IMG/VR virus record: IMGVR_UViG_3300042937_000216
Location: 32,001-96,000 of that record
Reading direction: 5' to 3' (one strand)
Length of the DNA stretch: 64,000 nucleotides
Origin: a virus
The position numbers were made by a program, and so were the translations under genes. Within the stretch, counting starts at the first letter, position 1. Every line of letters starts with the position of its first letter. Shown in pieces: positions 26,528-37,069 of this stretch. The notes under the pieces were generated by a model. That model made no database searches and had not been told where the DNA came from. It worked only from the letters and a program-made list of their open reading frames with translations.

Positions 26528-27814
26528 ATGGATTATAAAATCAAAGACATTGGACTTGCGGCGTGGGGTCATAAAGAAATAGCCATTGCTGAAACGGAAA
26601 TGCCGGGCCTAATGGCAGTACGTGAAGAATACAAAGAATCACAACCACTTAAAGGCGCTCGCATCGCAGGGTCACTACACATGACTATTCAAACTGCGGT
26701 ACTTGTACAGACTCTGATCGCGCTAGGAGCAACAGTGCGTTGGAGTAGTTGTAATATTTTTAGTACACAAGACCATGCCGCGGCTGCCTTAGCTGACCTG
26801 GGTATTCCTGTGTTTGCTTGGAAAGGTGAAACAGAGGAAGAATACTGGGATTGTATTCAACGCACCCTACATGGTCCAGATGGTTGGACACCTAATATGC
26901 TATTAGATGATGGACATGATCTAACCTATTATATACACAAACACCACCCGGGCCTATTAGGTAATATCCGTGGAGTGACAGAAGAAACCACAACTGGTAT
27001 ACACAAAATTAACGAAGCAATTGCCAAAGGTCAATTCCACCTGCGTGCTATTAACGTTAACGACTCAGTGACTAAAACTAAGTTTGATAATCTATACGGT
27101 TGTCGTGAAAGCCTAGTTGATGCTGTTAAACGTGCTACAGATGTTATGATTGCTGGTAAGATTGCTGTGGTAGCAGGCTATGGCGATGTAGGCAAAGGTT
27201 CAGCCGCTAGTCTACGTGCTCTGTCAGCTCAAGTTTGGGTAACTGAAGTAGATCCAATCTGCGCCTTACAGGCCGCAATGGAAGGTTACAAGGTTGTTAC
27301 CATGGACTATGCCGCAGACAAAGCAGACATCTTTGTAACAGCCACAGGTAACATCAATGTTATCACACACGATCATATGACGGCTATGAAGAACAACGCT
27401 ATTGTATGTAACATTGGTCACTTTGACAGCGAGATTGATATTGCTAGTATTGCTGGTTACGAGTGGGATGAAATCAAACCACAGGTAGATCATGTGACCA
27501 TGCCAAGTGGTCGTAAGATTATTGTTCTAGCTAAGGGACGACTAGTAAACTTAGGTTGCGGTACAGGACATCCTAGCTTTGTTATGTCAAACAGCTTTAC
27601 CAATCAAGTGCTAGCACAGATTGAAATGTTCCAAAACTGGGAAGACTACAATACTGGTAGTATTCATTTGTTGCCTAAACACCTAGATGAAAAAGTAGCT
27701 AAACTACACCTAGCACAAATTGGTGCGCAACTAACAGAGTTGTCAACGGATCAAGCTAACTACATTGGCGTTAGAGTAGAAGGTCCATATAAAGCAGAAA
27801 CATATAGGTACTAA
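26528..27814 (+). CDS. ahcY: S-adenosylhomocysteine hydrolase
   Basis: [51 protein letters not shown]. Confidence 0.97.
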   Translation: MDYKIKDIGLAAWGHKEIAIAETEMPGLMAVREEYKESQPLKGARIAGSLHMTIQTAVLVQTLIALGATVRWSSCNIFSTQDHAAAALADLGIPVFAWKGETEEEYWDCIQRTLHGPDGWTPNMLLDDGHDLTYYIHKHHPGLLGNIRGVTEETTTGIHKINEAIAKGQFHLRAINVNDSVTKTKFDNLYGCRESLVDAVKRATDVMIAGKIAVVAGYGDVGKGSAASLRALSAQVWVTEVDPICALQAAMEGYKVVTMDYAADKADIFVTATGNINVITHDHMTAMKNNAIVCNIGHFDSEIDIASIAGYEWDEIKPQVDHVTMPSGRKIIVLAKGRLVNLGCGTGHPSFVMSNSFTNQVLAQIEMFQNWEDYNTGSIHLLPKHLDEKVAKLHLAQIGAQLTELSTDQANYIGVRVEGPYKAETYRY

Positions 27815-27818
27815 GATT

Positions 27819-28916
27819 ATGAAAATAACTAAAATCCCAGGGTTAGGTAGATTTGGAGTTATCATTGATGACTTAGATCTTAATAACATTACCAACGAAG
27901 AGTGGTTAGCTATTGGCCAGCAACATTTACAGAACCTTGTAACTGTTTTTAGAAAAGCCAATATAACCAAAGAGCGTCAAATTGAACTGACAAACATGTT
28001 AGGTGCTCAACGTTTTGGTACTAAAAATTACTTTATCAACAAGTATAAACAACCATGGGATCTTATTATTGCCTTGGCATTGGAAGATGACAAGTCAATT
28101 GATAGTTTAGATCGTACAGTGATACGTAGCTGTATTAGTGCGCAAGAGCACACAGATACAGGCTACGATATTACACGAGTACAGGGTGGATATGATGCCA
28201 ACGGCAATCCATTGGGTATGTTTGCTGAAGGTGAATTGTTGTGGCACAGTAACGAAAGTGGTACATTAACGTTTACTCCAGGTGTTAGTTTACTAGCGGC
28301 CAAAAACGTAGTAGGCAGTGCCACAGGATTCCTGACCACAACTGACTATTACGAATCAGTGCCGGATAGTTTTCGCCGTGAGTTAGATGAAATGATAGTC
28401 CTACATAGATTTACTCCGGGTAAGATCTGCCCTGGACTAAACAAAAAACAAGACATCATTATGAATCTTAACATGTGCCCATATGATGATACAGAAATTC
28501 CAATGATCATGACTAGCCCAGGCGGAGTCAAAGGTCTACACTATAGTGTTAACACAGTGTGGAGTATCAAAGGCATGACCAAGAAAGAAAGTGATAAAGT
28601 CTTTGCTCGTATTAACAAAGAATTATTTGTACCTGAGTACACCTACGATCATTGGTATGAAAACGAAGGCGATTGGTTATTATTTGATAACTCAATTACA
28701 CAGCACAGACGTTTGGGTAATATTAAAGATCGTTTATGCTATCGTATACAGCATGACTACACTAATATTCAAAATGGTGTTTGGTATCCTTACGCACAGA
28801 AAGATATTCAACGTAGATATGAGCAAGAAATACGTAGATTTATCAAAGCAACAGGACATAAAGATTTTAAACTACCACCACGTAGGCTCGCTGACTTTAT
28901 TCCTTTTTTTAAATAA
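27819..28916 (+). CDS. TauD/TfdA-family 2-oxoglutarate dioxygenase
   Basis: WHSNE, H.Y..GD.L.FDN..TQHRR motifs. Confidence 0.8.
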   Translation: MKITKIPGLGRFGVIIDDLDLNNITNEEWLAIGQQHLQNLVTVFRKANITKERQIELTNMLGAQRFGTKNYFINKYKQPWDLIIALALEDDKSIDSLDRTVIRSCISAQEHTDTGYDITRVQGGYDANGNPLGMFAEGELLWHSNESGTLTFTPGVSLLAAKNVVGSATGFLTTTDYYESVPDSFRRELDEMIVLHRFTPGKICPGLNKKQDIIMNLNMCPYDDTEIPMIMTSPGGVKGLHYSVNTVWSIKGMTKKESDKVFARINKELFVPEYTYDHWYENEGDWLLFDNSITQHRRLGNIKDRLCYRIQHDYTNIQNGVWYPYAQKDIQRRYEQEIRRFIKATGHKDFKLPPRRLADFIPFFK

Positions 28917-28919
28917 CTA

Positions 28920-29453
28920 ATGCTTAATCAGTTGATATCTTTTTTTAAATCTAAAGAAAGTTATAGAACTCTACTAATGTTTGGGTCAGTTACTGACAGT
29001 GCCGCGGCAGAAATTACTGTCGACGGCACTATTGTACATTCTGGACCACTGACATCTGGTCTATTATTTAAATTTGTAACAAATGTAAAGGTACATGGAA
29101 CTGTAGACGTTAATATTAAATTAATCTATGGGTCATTTACTATTAATAATATTAGAGCCAGATACCCGGCACTAATTAATAATAGTTACCGAGGCTATAT
29201 AGACTTTCCACAACCAATTAGTCAACCCATTATTGATCACACACTACCACTAGTAGTCAATGATACTATATCATACAAACATTTTATGTATAATGGACCT
29301 AAGCAATGGTTAACAAATTCAAAATCAAACCAGCGTGTTGTAGTAATAGAAGATTATTACACAGCGGCCAAAACAGGCGTCATTAAAACAGATTGGCAGT
29401 ACTACTACAAGACTATTAATATAGAAGAATTAGATAATATAAATCTACACTAA
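28920..29453 (+). CDS. Hypothetical protein
   Basis: 177-aa ORF in operon. Confidence 0.55.
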   Translation: MLNQLISFFKSKESYRTLLMFGSVTDSAAAEITVDGTIVHSGPLTSGLLFKFVTNVKVHGTVDVNIKLIYGSFTINNIRARYPALINNSYRGYIDFPQPISQPIIDHTLPLVVNDTISYKHFMYNGPKQWLTNSKSNQRVVVIEDYYTAAKTGVIKTDWQYYYKTINIEELDNINLH

Positions 29454-29592
29454 CTAATTTGCTCAAAAAGCTGTTAAAACCCCGCTAGATCATTATATAA
29501 TATTTTATTGCTAGTATCAGCCATATAAATAAAACTGTGGCTTATACGCACCCATGTGGCATAAAAGCAACAATTAACAAAGAGGAAACACA

Positions 29593-30804
29593 ATGAAGAA
29601 ATTATTATTAGCAACACTATTAGCAAGTATGTACTCTACAGCTAACGCTGGCATTCAAATCCCAGCAGGTGACTGGACATTAGACATTGGTGGCGTGGTA
29701 AACGCTTACTATACTAATACACGCGGTACAGGTGATGTAGTAGTTGGTGGCCTTGGTGGTCCTAACAGCACAGGCCAACGTAATGAATCAAATATTACAA
29801 CTGGTTTATTACCAAACGTATTATCAGTTTCTGGTAAATCACGTCAAAATGATTTAGACATCGGTTTTACTATCGCAATTAATCCAGGCGCTTCAACTAC
29901 AGCGGCTGGTGATCAAGGCGCTAACCAAGAAAATCGTCAAGCATTTTTAACCATTGGTGACAAATCATGGGGTAGCGTAAAACTAGGTAAAGACCTAGGC
30001 ATTTTCGCTAGTGATGCTATCTTAAATGATATGACATTGTTGGGTGTAGGTTCTGGTGCTGGCGCACTAGCTGGTAACACAACAACATTGGGTCGTATTG
30101 GTACTGGCTTCATGTACGCTGATTGGAAATCACAAATTGCTTACACATCACCAAACTTTAATGGCTTTAGCTTTACGGCTGGTGTAACACAAGCATGGAA
30201 TGCTCAAACAGCTGACCTAAGTGCTGTGACTGCGGGTGTACAAGCTGCTTCAGCAACTTCAACAGGCCGTGGCGGTGCTCAACCAGCATTTGAAGGTAAA
30301 CTATCATACTCATTAGAAGGTCCTATCGCTGCTAAAGTATGGTCAAGTGCTATTTCACAAAAAGTTGAAGGTGTAACTGGCTCTGCAGCAGATGACCGCG
30401 CTTATGCTTGGGACGTTGGTACAAACTTGGCTGCTGGCCCATATGGTTTAACTGCTTACTACTTTGATGGTAAAGGTATTGGCCGTACACTACAATTAGC
30501 TGATGGTTTTGATACTACTGGTCGCCGTCGTGATTCAAACGGCGGATACGTTCAAGGTACATACACATTGCCTACAGCTACTAAACTTGGCGTAAGCTGG
30601 GGTCAAAGTAAACTAGATCGTAATAGTGGTGAAACAGCTACCGCATTAGTTTCGAAAAACGAAATGTGGACAGTTGGTGCTTATCACCCACTTACAAAAC
30701 ACGTTAATCTAGTTGCTGAATACTCAGACGTTAAATCAGAAGCACAAAATGGTGCTGAAGGTAAATCACGTTCAGTATCAGCAGGTGCTATCTTATTCTT
30801 CTAA
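29593..30804 (+). CDS. Outer-membrane porin (Gram-negative type)
   Basis: Signal peptide (ANA), RQAF..GKDLGIF, YTSPNFNGFS, terminal Phe; GAGGA RBS; TATAAATA at 29524. Confidence 0.88.
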   Translation: MKKLLLATLLASMYSTANAGIQIPAGDWTLDIGGVVNAYYTNTRGTGDVVVGGLGGPNSTGQRNESNITTGLLPNVLSVSGKSRQNDLDIGFTIAINPGASTTAAGDQGANQENRQAFLTIGDKSWGSVKLGKDLGIFASDAILNDMTLLGVGSGAGALAGNTTTLGRIGTGFMYADWKSQIAYTSPNFNGFSFTAGVTQAWNAQTADLSAVTAGVQAASATSTGRGGAQPAFEGKLSYSLEGPIAAKVWSSAISQKVEGVTGSAADDRAYAWDVGTNLAAGPYGLTAYYFDGKGIGRTLQLADGFDTTGRRRDSNGGYVQGTYTLPTATKLGVSWGQSKLDRNSGETATALVSKNEMWTVGAYHPLTKHVNLVAEYSDVKSEAQNGAEGKSRSVSAGAILFF

Positions 30805-30828
30805 GATTTACTTCTTAGTTTAATAATT

Positions 30829-30856
30829 AAAAAGCCCCTTAACTGGGGCTTTTTTA
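30829..30856 (+). terminator. Intrinsic terminator
   Basis: AAAAAGCCCC-TTAACT-GGGGCTTTTTT. Confidence 0.85.
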
Positions 30857-30859
30857 CGG

Positions 30860-30899
30860 CTGTAATAAAAATTTAATCTGTTTGTAACACTACTGTAAT
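30860..30899 (+). promoter_or_regulatory. Pho box (four 11-bp-spaced PhoB half-sites)
   Basis: CTGTAAT aaaa ATTTAAT ctgt TTGTAAC acta CTGTAAT, directly upstream of phosphate porin. Confidence 0.7.
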
Positions 30900-30937
30900 C
30901 TTTGTGTGTTTAAATAATATATATAAGGGGAATATTA

Positions 30938-32365
30938 ATGACCATACAAAAGATTAAATCAATAATGTATTATGTAGTGATAGCACTAGCAGTATCAGTT
31001 GCAGGATTAAAGCAAGCGCATGCCGACAGCACTAGCGACATTGTTAACGCACTAGTTATGAAGGGTGTACTTACAGAAGAAGAAGGCGCACTTATAACCA
31101 AAGGACACAGCGGAGAAAAAGTAGCTGCTAAAAAAGAAAAAGACACTACTGTACATGCGGCTAGTAAAATGAACATTCGTGGCTATTTACAAGTGCGCAA
31201 TACTACTATGCTTAGTGGTGACGAAGGAGTCAACCTTTGGTCAGATCGATCTGTAGGTAATAAAAACTCTCTTGCTGATCAAGACAAAAACTTTCTTATC
31301 CGTCGAGCACGTGTGATCATTTCTGGTTCAGCTGGTGATCGTTTAGATTACTATATTCAACCCGACTTTGCTAGTACAGCAGGTACCACAGGTAACGTTG
31401 CTCAACTACGTGATGCTTACGGTGACGTGAATCTAACCAAAGACAAAGTACATCGTGTACGTGTAGGCCAAAGTAAAGTACCATATGGCTTTGAGAATTT
31501 ACAATCTTCACAAAATCGGTTAGCACTTGATCGTGCTGACGCATTTAATAGTGCGGTGCGTGATGAACGTGATTTAGGTGCGTTCTACTACTACACACCT
31601 GATAATATACAAAAGCTGTTTAAAGAAATACAAGATGCAGGATTAAAACATTCAGGAAACTACGGTATGTTTGGCATTGGTGTGTATAACGGTCAAGGTG
31701 CTAACCAACAAGATCGTAATGATAATTACCACACAGTAGCACGTCTTACTTACCCATGGAAAACAGAAAGCGGCCAAATATACGAAGCTGGTGTACAAGG
31801 TTATACAGGCAAGTATGTAAGAACAGGTAGTGCGTATAGAAGAAATATGGGCAACAACGTTTACGCAACTAAAACACCAACATTAGAACCAGGCAACACC
31901 ACTGGATTCAAAGACGAACGTATGGGTGTAAGTTTTATGATGTACCCACAACCGTTTGGTCTACAAGGTGAGTGGAACTGGGGCAAAACTCCTGGCTTAG
32001 ATACTACTGCTAGTACTGATGGTATTATTAAAGAAACTAACTTGAACGGTGGCTACATTCAAACTATGTATAAAATTGATCACTTCAAAGTTGGCGATAC
32101 TGATGGTACACTAATTCCATTTGTTAGATGGCAATACTTTGATGGTGCGTCAAAAGCAGAAACTAACTCACCGATGAATAAAGTTAACGACTGGGAAGCA
32201 GGTGCTGAATGGCAAATTGCGCCAGAAGTTGAACTTGTGGCTTACTATCATCATATGAATCGTAGCAATTTAGTAACTGGAGCATCGTCTACTACAATAG
32301 TAAAACAAGACTATGCTAACTTTAAAGCAGACGCTTTACGTGTTCAACTACAGTATAACTTTTAG
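30938..32365 (+). CDS. Phosphate-selective porin OprO/OprP family
   Basis: Signal peptide, L..KGVLT.EE, RRARV, RDAY, GQSKVPYGFE..QSS, RDLG, terminal QYNF. Confidence 0.82.
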   Translation: MTIQKIKSIMYYVVIALAVSVAGLKQAHADSTSDIVNALVMKGVLTEEEGALITKGHSGEKVAAKKEKDTTVHAASKMNIRGYLQVRNTTMLSGDEGVNLWSDRSVGNKNSLADQDKNFLIRRARVIISGSAGDRLDYYIQPDFASTAGTTGNVAQLRDAYGDVNLTKDKVHRVRVGQSKVPYGFENLQSSQNRLALDRADAFNSAVRDERDLGAFYYYTPDNIQKLFKEIQDAGLKHSGNYGMFGIGVYNGQGANQQDRNDNYHTVARLTYPWKTESGQIYEAGVQGYTGKYVRTGSAYRRNMGNNVYATKTPTLEPGNTTGFKDERMGVSFMMYPQPFGLQGEWNWGKTPGLDTTASTDGIIKETNLNGGYIQTMYKIDHFKVGDTDGTLIPFVRWQYFDGASKAETNSPMNKVNDWEAGAEWQIAPEVELVAYYHHMNRSNLVTGASSTTIVKQDYANFKADALRVQLQYNF

Positions 32366-32373
32366 GGAAAACT

Positions 32374-32463
32374 ATGTTTGAGATTTTTATAGAAGCAATA
32401 ACAGATATTAGTAGTGTGTTATTGGTATTGGCGGCCATTGGCGTATGGTCACTAGTCCCTTAA
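32374..32463 (+). CDS. 29-aa hydrophobic peptide (MFEIFIEAITDISSVLLVLAAIGVWSLVP)
   Basis: AGGG RBS, single TM-like stretch, overlaps next gene start. Confidence 0.4.
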   Translation: MFEIFIEAITDISSVLLVLAAIGVWSLVP

Positions 32464-33209
32464 TTAGATATAAAACAATCTGTATATCGGACTTTCATCT
32501 TGGGACTAAAGATGCTAAAGCTGAATTGCTGAATAACTTTCTCAAACATCACACCTGTGATAATCTATTCCTAATAGGTGACATCATTGACGGGTGGAAA
32601 ATCCAACAGAACAAATGGGCTTGGAAACAAGCGCATACTAATGTTATTCGACGAATATTAGGTTACAGTAAACGAGGATGTAATGTAACTTATGTGACAG
32701 GTAACCATGACGAATTCCTCCGTCCTCTGGTACAACATCATTTTAGTCTAGGTAGAATACGTATCGTTAATCAAGCAGAGTATCGCAGTGTTGATGGAGA
32801 ATTATTCCTAATCACCCACGGTGATATGTTTGATGGTATTACTAGACTAGCACCGTGGATTGGATTCTTGGGCGACAAAGCCTATGATGTAGCTTTATGG
32901 TTTAACAACTATTTTAACTTTGCTAGACAACGATTAGGCTTTGGCTACTGGAGTTTGAGCAAGTATCTCAAACATAAAGTTAAAAAAGCCATTGACTTTG
33001 TGTTTAAGTTTGAAACTAACCTAACTGACTATGCGGCTAAACGTGGATATGATGGTGTAATCTGCGGACACATACACACACCAGAAATCAAACACATGCC
33101 TAATGGTATGATCTATATGAATGATGGGGACTGGGTAGAAAGCTGTAGTGCTCTAGTTGAGCATGATGACGGACGATGGACAATAGTCTATTGGAATCAT
33201 ATAATCTAA
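32445..33209 (+). CDS. PlcP-like / LpxH2 metallophosphoesterase (phospholipase C type)
   Basis: SDFHLG, GDIIDGW, GNHD, HGD.FD, LGD.AYD, YWSLS, CGHIH, NDGDWVESC. Confidence 0.8.
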   Translation: MVTSPLIRYKTICISDFHLGTKDAKAELLNNFLKHHTCDNLFLIGDIIDGWKIQQNKWAWKQAHTNVIRRILGYSKRGCNVTYVTGNHDEFLRPLVQHHFSLGRIRIVNQAEYRSVDGELFLITHGDMFDGITRLAPWIGFLGDKAYDVALWFNNYFNFARQRLGFGYWSLSKYLKHKVKKAIDFVFKFETNLTDYAAKRGYDGVICGHIHTPEIKHMPNGMIYMNDGDWVESCSALVEHDDGRWTIVYWNHII

Positions 33210-33382
33210 TGAGTTGGATACTATTGATACTAGTAGTAAACACAACTGACCCAAAAGATATACCGGGCAAGGTTACGCTTGAATTTGCTAATGAAACACA
33301 GTGCGAAGAGGCTAAACAATCATTGACCTATTGGTTAAAATTTGATACATTCAAAATACAAGCACAATGTTTAAAAAAATAA
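33209..33382 (+). CDS. Small hypothetical protein with hydrophobic N-terminus
   Basis: TAATG coupling; W.L.L and F....C motif. Confidence 0.55.
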   Translation: MSWILLILVVNTTDPKDIPGKVTLEFANETQCEEAKQSLTYWLKFDTFKIQAQCLKK

Positions 33383-33397
33383 CATGTATATCTATCC

Positions 33398-33424
33398 AAA
33401 AAGGCATCTTTTGGTGCCTTTTTT
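33398..33424 (+). terminator. Intrinsic terminator
   Basis: AAAAAGGCATC-TTTT-GGTGCCTTTTTT. Confidence 0.8.
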
Positions 33425-33500
33425 CTTGACTATTGAGTCTGTTTATGTTACTATTGTAGAGTTAACACTCGTATTAAAACTTATATAAGGAAACACAAAC

Positions 33501-33656
33501 ATGTTTGATTCAATTGAAATTCGTAAAGTAACAAATGGTTTTATTGTAATTCTTAACACAGAAGATGACGCTAACGAATATGTGTTCGACACTAGTCGTA
33601 AAGCAATTAAATTCATCAAAGAATACGTTGAAGCTAAAGTAACACAACCAGCATAA
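33501..33656 (+). CDS. 51-aa hypothetical protein (MFDSIEIRKVTNGFIV...)
   Basis: AAGGA RBS; I.KV.NGF motif; below ORF-track cutoff. Confidence 0.65.
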   Translation: MFDSIEIRKVTNGFIVILNTEDDANEYVFDTSRKAIKFIKEYVEAKVTQPA

Positions 33657-33724
33657 TTTTTGCCTCGAAACAGGCTAAAATAAATACATTATAGCAAGAA
33701 ATTCAACGAAAAGTGGAGAAATCA

Positions 33725-34753
33725 ATGTCAAAAACCGTTCTTGTAACTGGTGGAGCAGGCTTTATTGCGCATCACGTTATTGAAAACCTATTAAGAAATA
33801 CCGATTGGAATATTGTTAGTTTAGATCGTCTAGACTTTAGTGGTAACCTAAACCGCTTGAGTGATATGATGGCAAACTTTGATCAGGAAACACGTAAGCG
33901 TGTTAAGGTTGTATTCCATGACCTACGTGCTGAATTAAACCCAATGGTGGCTCGTGACATTGGAGATGTAAACTATGTACTACATTTAGCCGCAGGATCA
34001 CATGTTGATCGCTCAATTGAGTTCCCAATGGAGTTTGTTTGGGACAACGTAGTTGGCACAGGCCACATCTTAGAGTTTGCTCGCAAACTACCTAACCTAG
34101 AACGCTTTATCTACTTCTCAACAGATGAAGTATTTGGTCCAGCACCTAATGGTGTTAACTATGGTGAGCGTGATCGTTACAACTCAAGCAATCCATACTC
34201 AGCTACCAAAGCTGGTGGTGAAGAGCTAGCTGTAGCGTTTGAAAATACCTACAAGATGCCTATCTACATTACGCATACAATGAACGTGTTTGGCCAACGT
34301 CAACACCCAGAGAAGTTTATTCCTATGTGTATTCGTAAGGTAAACGATGGCGACGCTATTACTATCCACAGTGACAGCACACGTACAATCCCTGGTAGTC
34401 GTTTCTATATTCATGCGGCAGACGTAGCTGATGCTATGTTTTTCTTGTTAGGCTTAGACCCAAGCAAACTAGAAGCAGACTACGGTGATGCTAAATGTCC
34501 TAAGTTTAACTTAGTAGGTAAACAAGAAATCAACAATCTACAATTAGCACAGATCATTGCTGATGCTCAGGGCAAAGAACTTAAGTATGAAATGGTAGAC
34601 TTCCATAGCAGTCGTCCGGGGCATGATTTACGTTATGCTCTAAGCGGTGACTATATGCGTAAGTTAGGTTGGGAACCTAAGGTTAGCCTAACTGATCGTA
34701 TTGGTGAAGTAGTACAATGGACTTTAGATAACGAGAGATGGTTACGATGCTAA
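33725..34753 (+). CDS. rmlB: dTDP-glucose 4,6-dehydratase (RmlB-like)
   Basis: VTGGAGFI, HLAAGSHVDRSI, STDEVFG, PYSATKA, QHPEKFIP, RPGHDLRYA. Confidence 0.88.
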   Translation: MSKTVLVTGGAGFIAHHVIENLLRNTDWNIVSLDRLDFSGNLNRLSDMMANFDQETRKRVKVVFHDLRAELNPMVARDIGDVNYVLHLAAGSHVDRSIEFPMEFVWDNVVGTGHILEFARKLPNLERFIYFSTDEVFGPAPNGVNYGERDRYNSSNPYSATKAGGEELAVAFENTYKMPIYITHTMNVFGQRQHPEKFIPMCIRKVNDGDAITIHSDSTRTIPGSRFYIHAADVADAMFFLLGLDPSKLEADYGDAKCPKFNLVGKQEINNLQLAQIIADAQGKELKYEMVDFHSSRPGHDLRYALSGDYMRKLGWEPKVSLTDRIGEVVQWTLDNERWLRC

Positions 34754-35409
34754 TAGATATTTTTAAAAATCTTGACCGTCATTGCGGCAAGTGGAGTCAC
34801 TACTTTGACATCTACGAGCAACACTTTAGCAAGTTTGTAGGTAAGAAGCCTGTGGTAGTTGAAGTTGGTATTTGCCGTGGTGGCAGTGCCGAAATGTGGC
34901 AGAAGTATTTTGGTGAAGGTGCTACTATCATTGGTATTGACATTGATCCTAATGCTTTCAAACCAGAACACCAAACACCGGGTTGTATACAGGTAAATGG
35001 TAACCAAGCAGATCCAGCGTTTTGGGATGAGTTCCTAAAAGAACATCCACAAATTGATGTGTTCTTAGATGACGGTAGTCATGTTTGCCCACATCAAATC
35101 CTTACCCTACAAAAGGTATGGCCTGCTATTACACAAGGCGGTGTGTACATGTGTGAAGATACACACACCAACTACTGGCCAGAATACGGCGGCGGACTTA
35201 AAAATCCTAGCACATTCCTACAGTATGCTAAAATGGTATCCGATACTATGAATAGTAGCTATTACAAAGGTATGGACCAACATCCAGACAATATGATGTT
35301 TGCTGACTTCTACAAAGATCTAGTAGGCATGCACTTCTATGACAGCGTAGTAGTAATGGATAAAAACGTTAAACAACCAATCACTAACCTATTGAGTACA
35401 CCAGTATGA
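34747..35409 (+). CDS. SAM-dependent O-methyltransferase (sugar type)
   Basis: KWSHYF..YE.H, EVG...GGS, DDGSH, GGVY.CED. Confidence 0.8.
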   Translation: MLIDIFKNLDRHCGKWSHYFDIYEQHFSKFVGKKPVVVEVGICRGGSAEMWQKYFGEGATIIGIDIDPNAFKPEHQTPGCIQVNGNQADPAFWDEFLKEHPQIDVFLDDGSHVCPHQILTLQKVWPAITQGGVYMCEDTHTNYWPEYGGGLKNPSTFLQYAKMVSDTMNSSYYKGMDQHPDNMMFADFYKDLVGMHFYDSVVVMDKNVKQPITNLLSTPV

Positions 35410-36143
35410 AAAACATAGTCCTTTTAACTTCAGCAGTATATAGCAACTACGGCATTTACACAGCAGAGCAACGTATCCAGCAGACATTGGACACAGCCAA
35501 AAGTGCTAAAGAACGTATCCCAGGTGCGGTTATTATTTTAATTGACAACAGCAAAGTTGACGTACAAAATGATGACAGCGCAGAGTTTAATGAATTAATT
35601 GACCTAGTTGATTACTACATTGACAACAGCGATGACGCAGATATCAAACACTTCCACGAAAATGTCAGCAATTACGACATTGGTAAAAACTCTATGGAAG
35701 CGTTGGGTATTATCAAAGCATTGAACTACATCAAAACTGATGAAGACATGCTGAAAGAAGTCAACAGTGCTGGCCGCATTTTTAAACTCAGTGGTAGATA
35801 TATAGTCAATGATAAGTTTGATATTAAACATTTTGACAATGCCAAGACCAAAGACAAGTATGTGTTTAAGAAACGTCAAGCTAGTTGGATTCCACAAACT
35901 GACACTGGTGTAGACTATCTACTACAGACTCGTTTATATAGTTTCACTCCTGGCCTACTTGATGAGACCATTGAGCTGTTCCAAAAGATCATTGAGAATA
36001 TGTTTGCCACATTCAATCAACAAAAATATATTGATGTTGAACACAGCATGGCTAAATTTATTCCAGCAGACAAATTAGTTGAATTGGACGTTGTTGGCCT
36101 ACAAGGCAACATTGCTCCAAATGGCATGATGATCATCGACTAA
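35406..36143 (+). CDS. Hypothetical glycan-pathway protein
   Basis: R..QTL.T..S, FKLSGRY motif. Confidence 0.55.
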   Translation: MKNIVLLTSAVYSNYGIYTAEQRIQQTLDTAKSAKERIPGAVIILIDNSKVDVQNDDSAEFNELIDLVDYYIDNSDDADIKHFHENVSNYDIGKNSMEALGIIKALNYIKTDEDMLKEVNSAGRIFKLSGRYIVNDKFDIKHFDNAKTKDKYVFKKRQASWIPQTDTGVDYLLQTRLYSFTPGLLDETIELFQKIIENMFATFNQQKYIDVEHSMAKFIPADKLVELDVVGLQGNIAPNGMMIID

Positions 36144-37069
36144 TGAAAAACATCCTAATCATTGGCGGTAATGGTTATGTTGGATCTAGACTAAGGCAAG
36201 TATTGGCACAGACCTACACTGTAGAAAGTGTAGACTGTTGCTGGTACAACTATGATGAAACGTCTAAGAGAACTGACTACCACAAACTTGATGCTACCTA
36301 TCTAGGGCAATTTGATGCTGTAGTTTTACTAGCAGGCCACAGTAGTGTAGCAAGCTGTGTTGGTCCTATTGCTAGTCCGTGGTTAAACAATGTTACTAAC
36401 TTTACTAACCTAGTGGCTAAACTAAGTTGGAAAGATATTCCGTTGATCTATGCTAGTTCAGCTAGTGTATACGGCAACAGCCTACCTGGGCAACTGTTTA
36501 CTGAAGACAACCGTCAGTTTATTCCTGTGAACAATTATGACATTACCAAATATACCTTAGACCTAGAAGCCAAAGTTGCCATTGGCAATGGGCAACCTGT
36601 AATTGGTCTACGCTTTGGTACAGTCAACGGTTGGGCACCTAACCTACGTGCTGATGTAATGATCAATGCTATGTATGATGCGGTTAGAACACAAGGTAAA
36701 ATCACAGTAACTAATAAACATATCAATCGTGCCTTGCTAGGCATTGAAGATCTGTGCCGTGGCATTGCTCGGTGTATCGAACAGCCAGTGAGTGGTATCT
36801 ACAATATGGCCAGTTTCAATGCCACAGTTGACTATATTGCCGCCACTGTGGCCAATGAACTAGCTGTGCCTGTAGTTGATCGTGGTAAGACTGCTAATGC
36901 CTATGACTTTGGCCTAGACACTACATTATTTGAACAAACGTTTGGCTTTACATTTACTGAAACTCCTAGTACAATAGTTAATAGCCTAAAAGAAAAATAT
37001 GCGGACGCACACATTGAACGCCGCGATAATTACATGACATATCAATGGGAAAAAGAATATGATCGATAA
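36143..37069 (+). CDS. NAD-dependent epimerase/reductase (extended SDR)
   Basis: GGNGYVG, YASSASVYG, YDITK, LRFGTV. Confidence 0.85.
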   Translation: MKNILIIGGNGYVGSRLRQVLAQTYTVESVDCCWYNYDETSKRTDYHKLDATYLGQFDAVVLLAGHSSVASCVGPIASPWLNNVTNFTNLVAKLSWKDIPLIYASSASVYGNSLPGQLFTEDNRQFIPVNNYDITKYTLDLEAKVAIGNGQPVIGLRFGTVNGWAPNLRADVMINAMYDAVRTQGKITVTNKHINRALLGIEDLCRGIARCIEQPVSGIYNMASFNATVDYIAATVANELAVPVVDRGKTANAYDFGLDTTLFEQTFGFTFTETPSTIVNSLKEKYADAHIERRDNYMTYQWEKEYDR

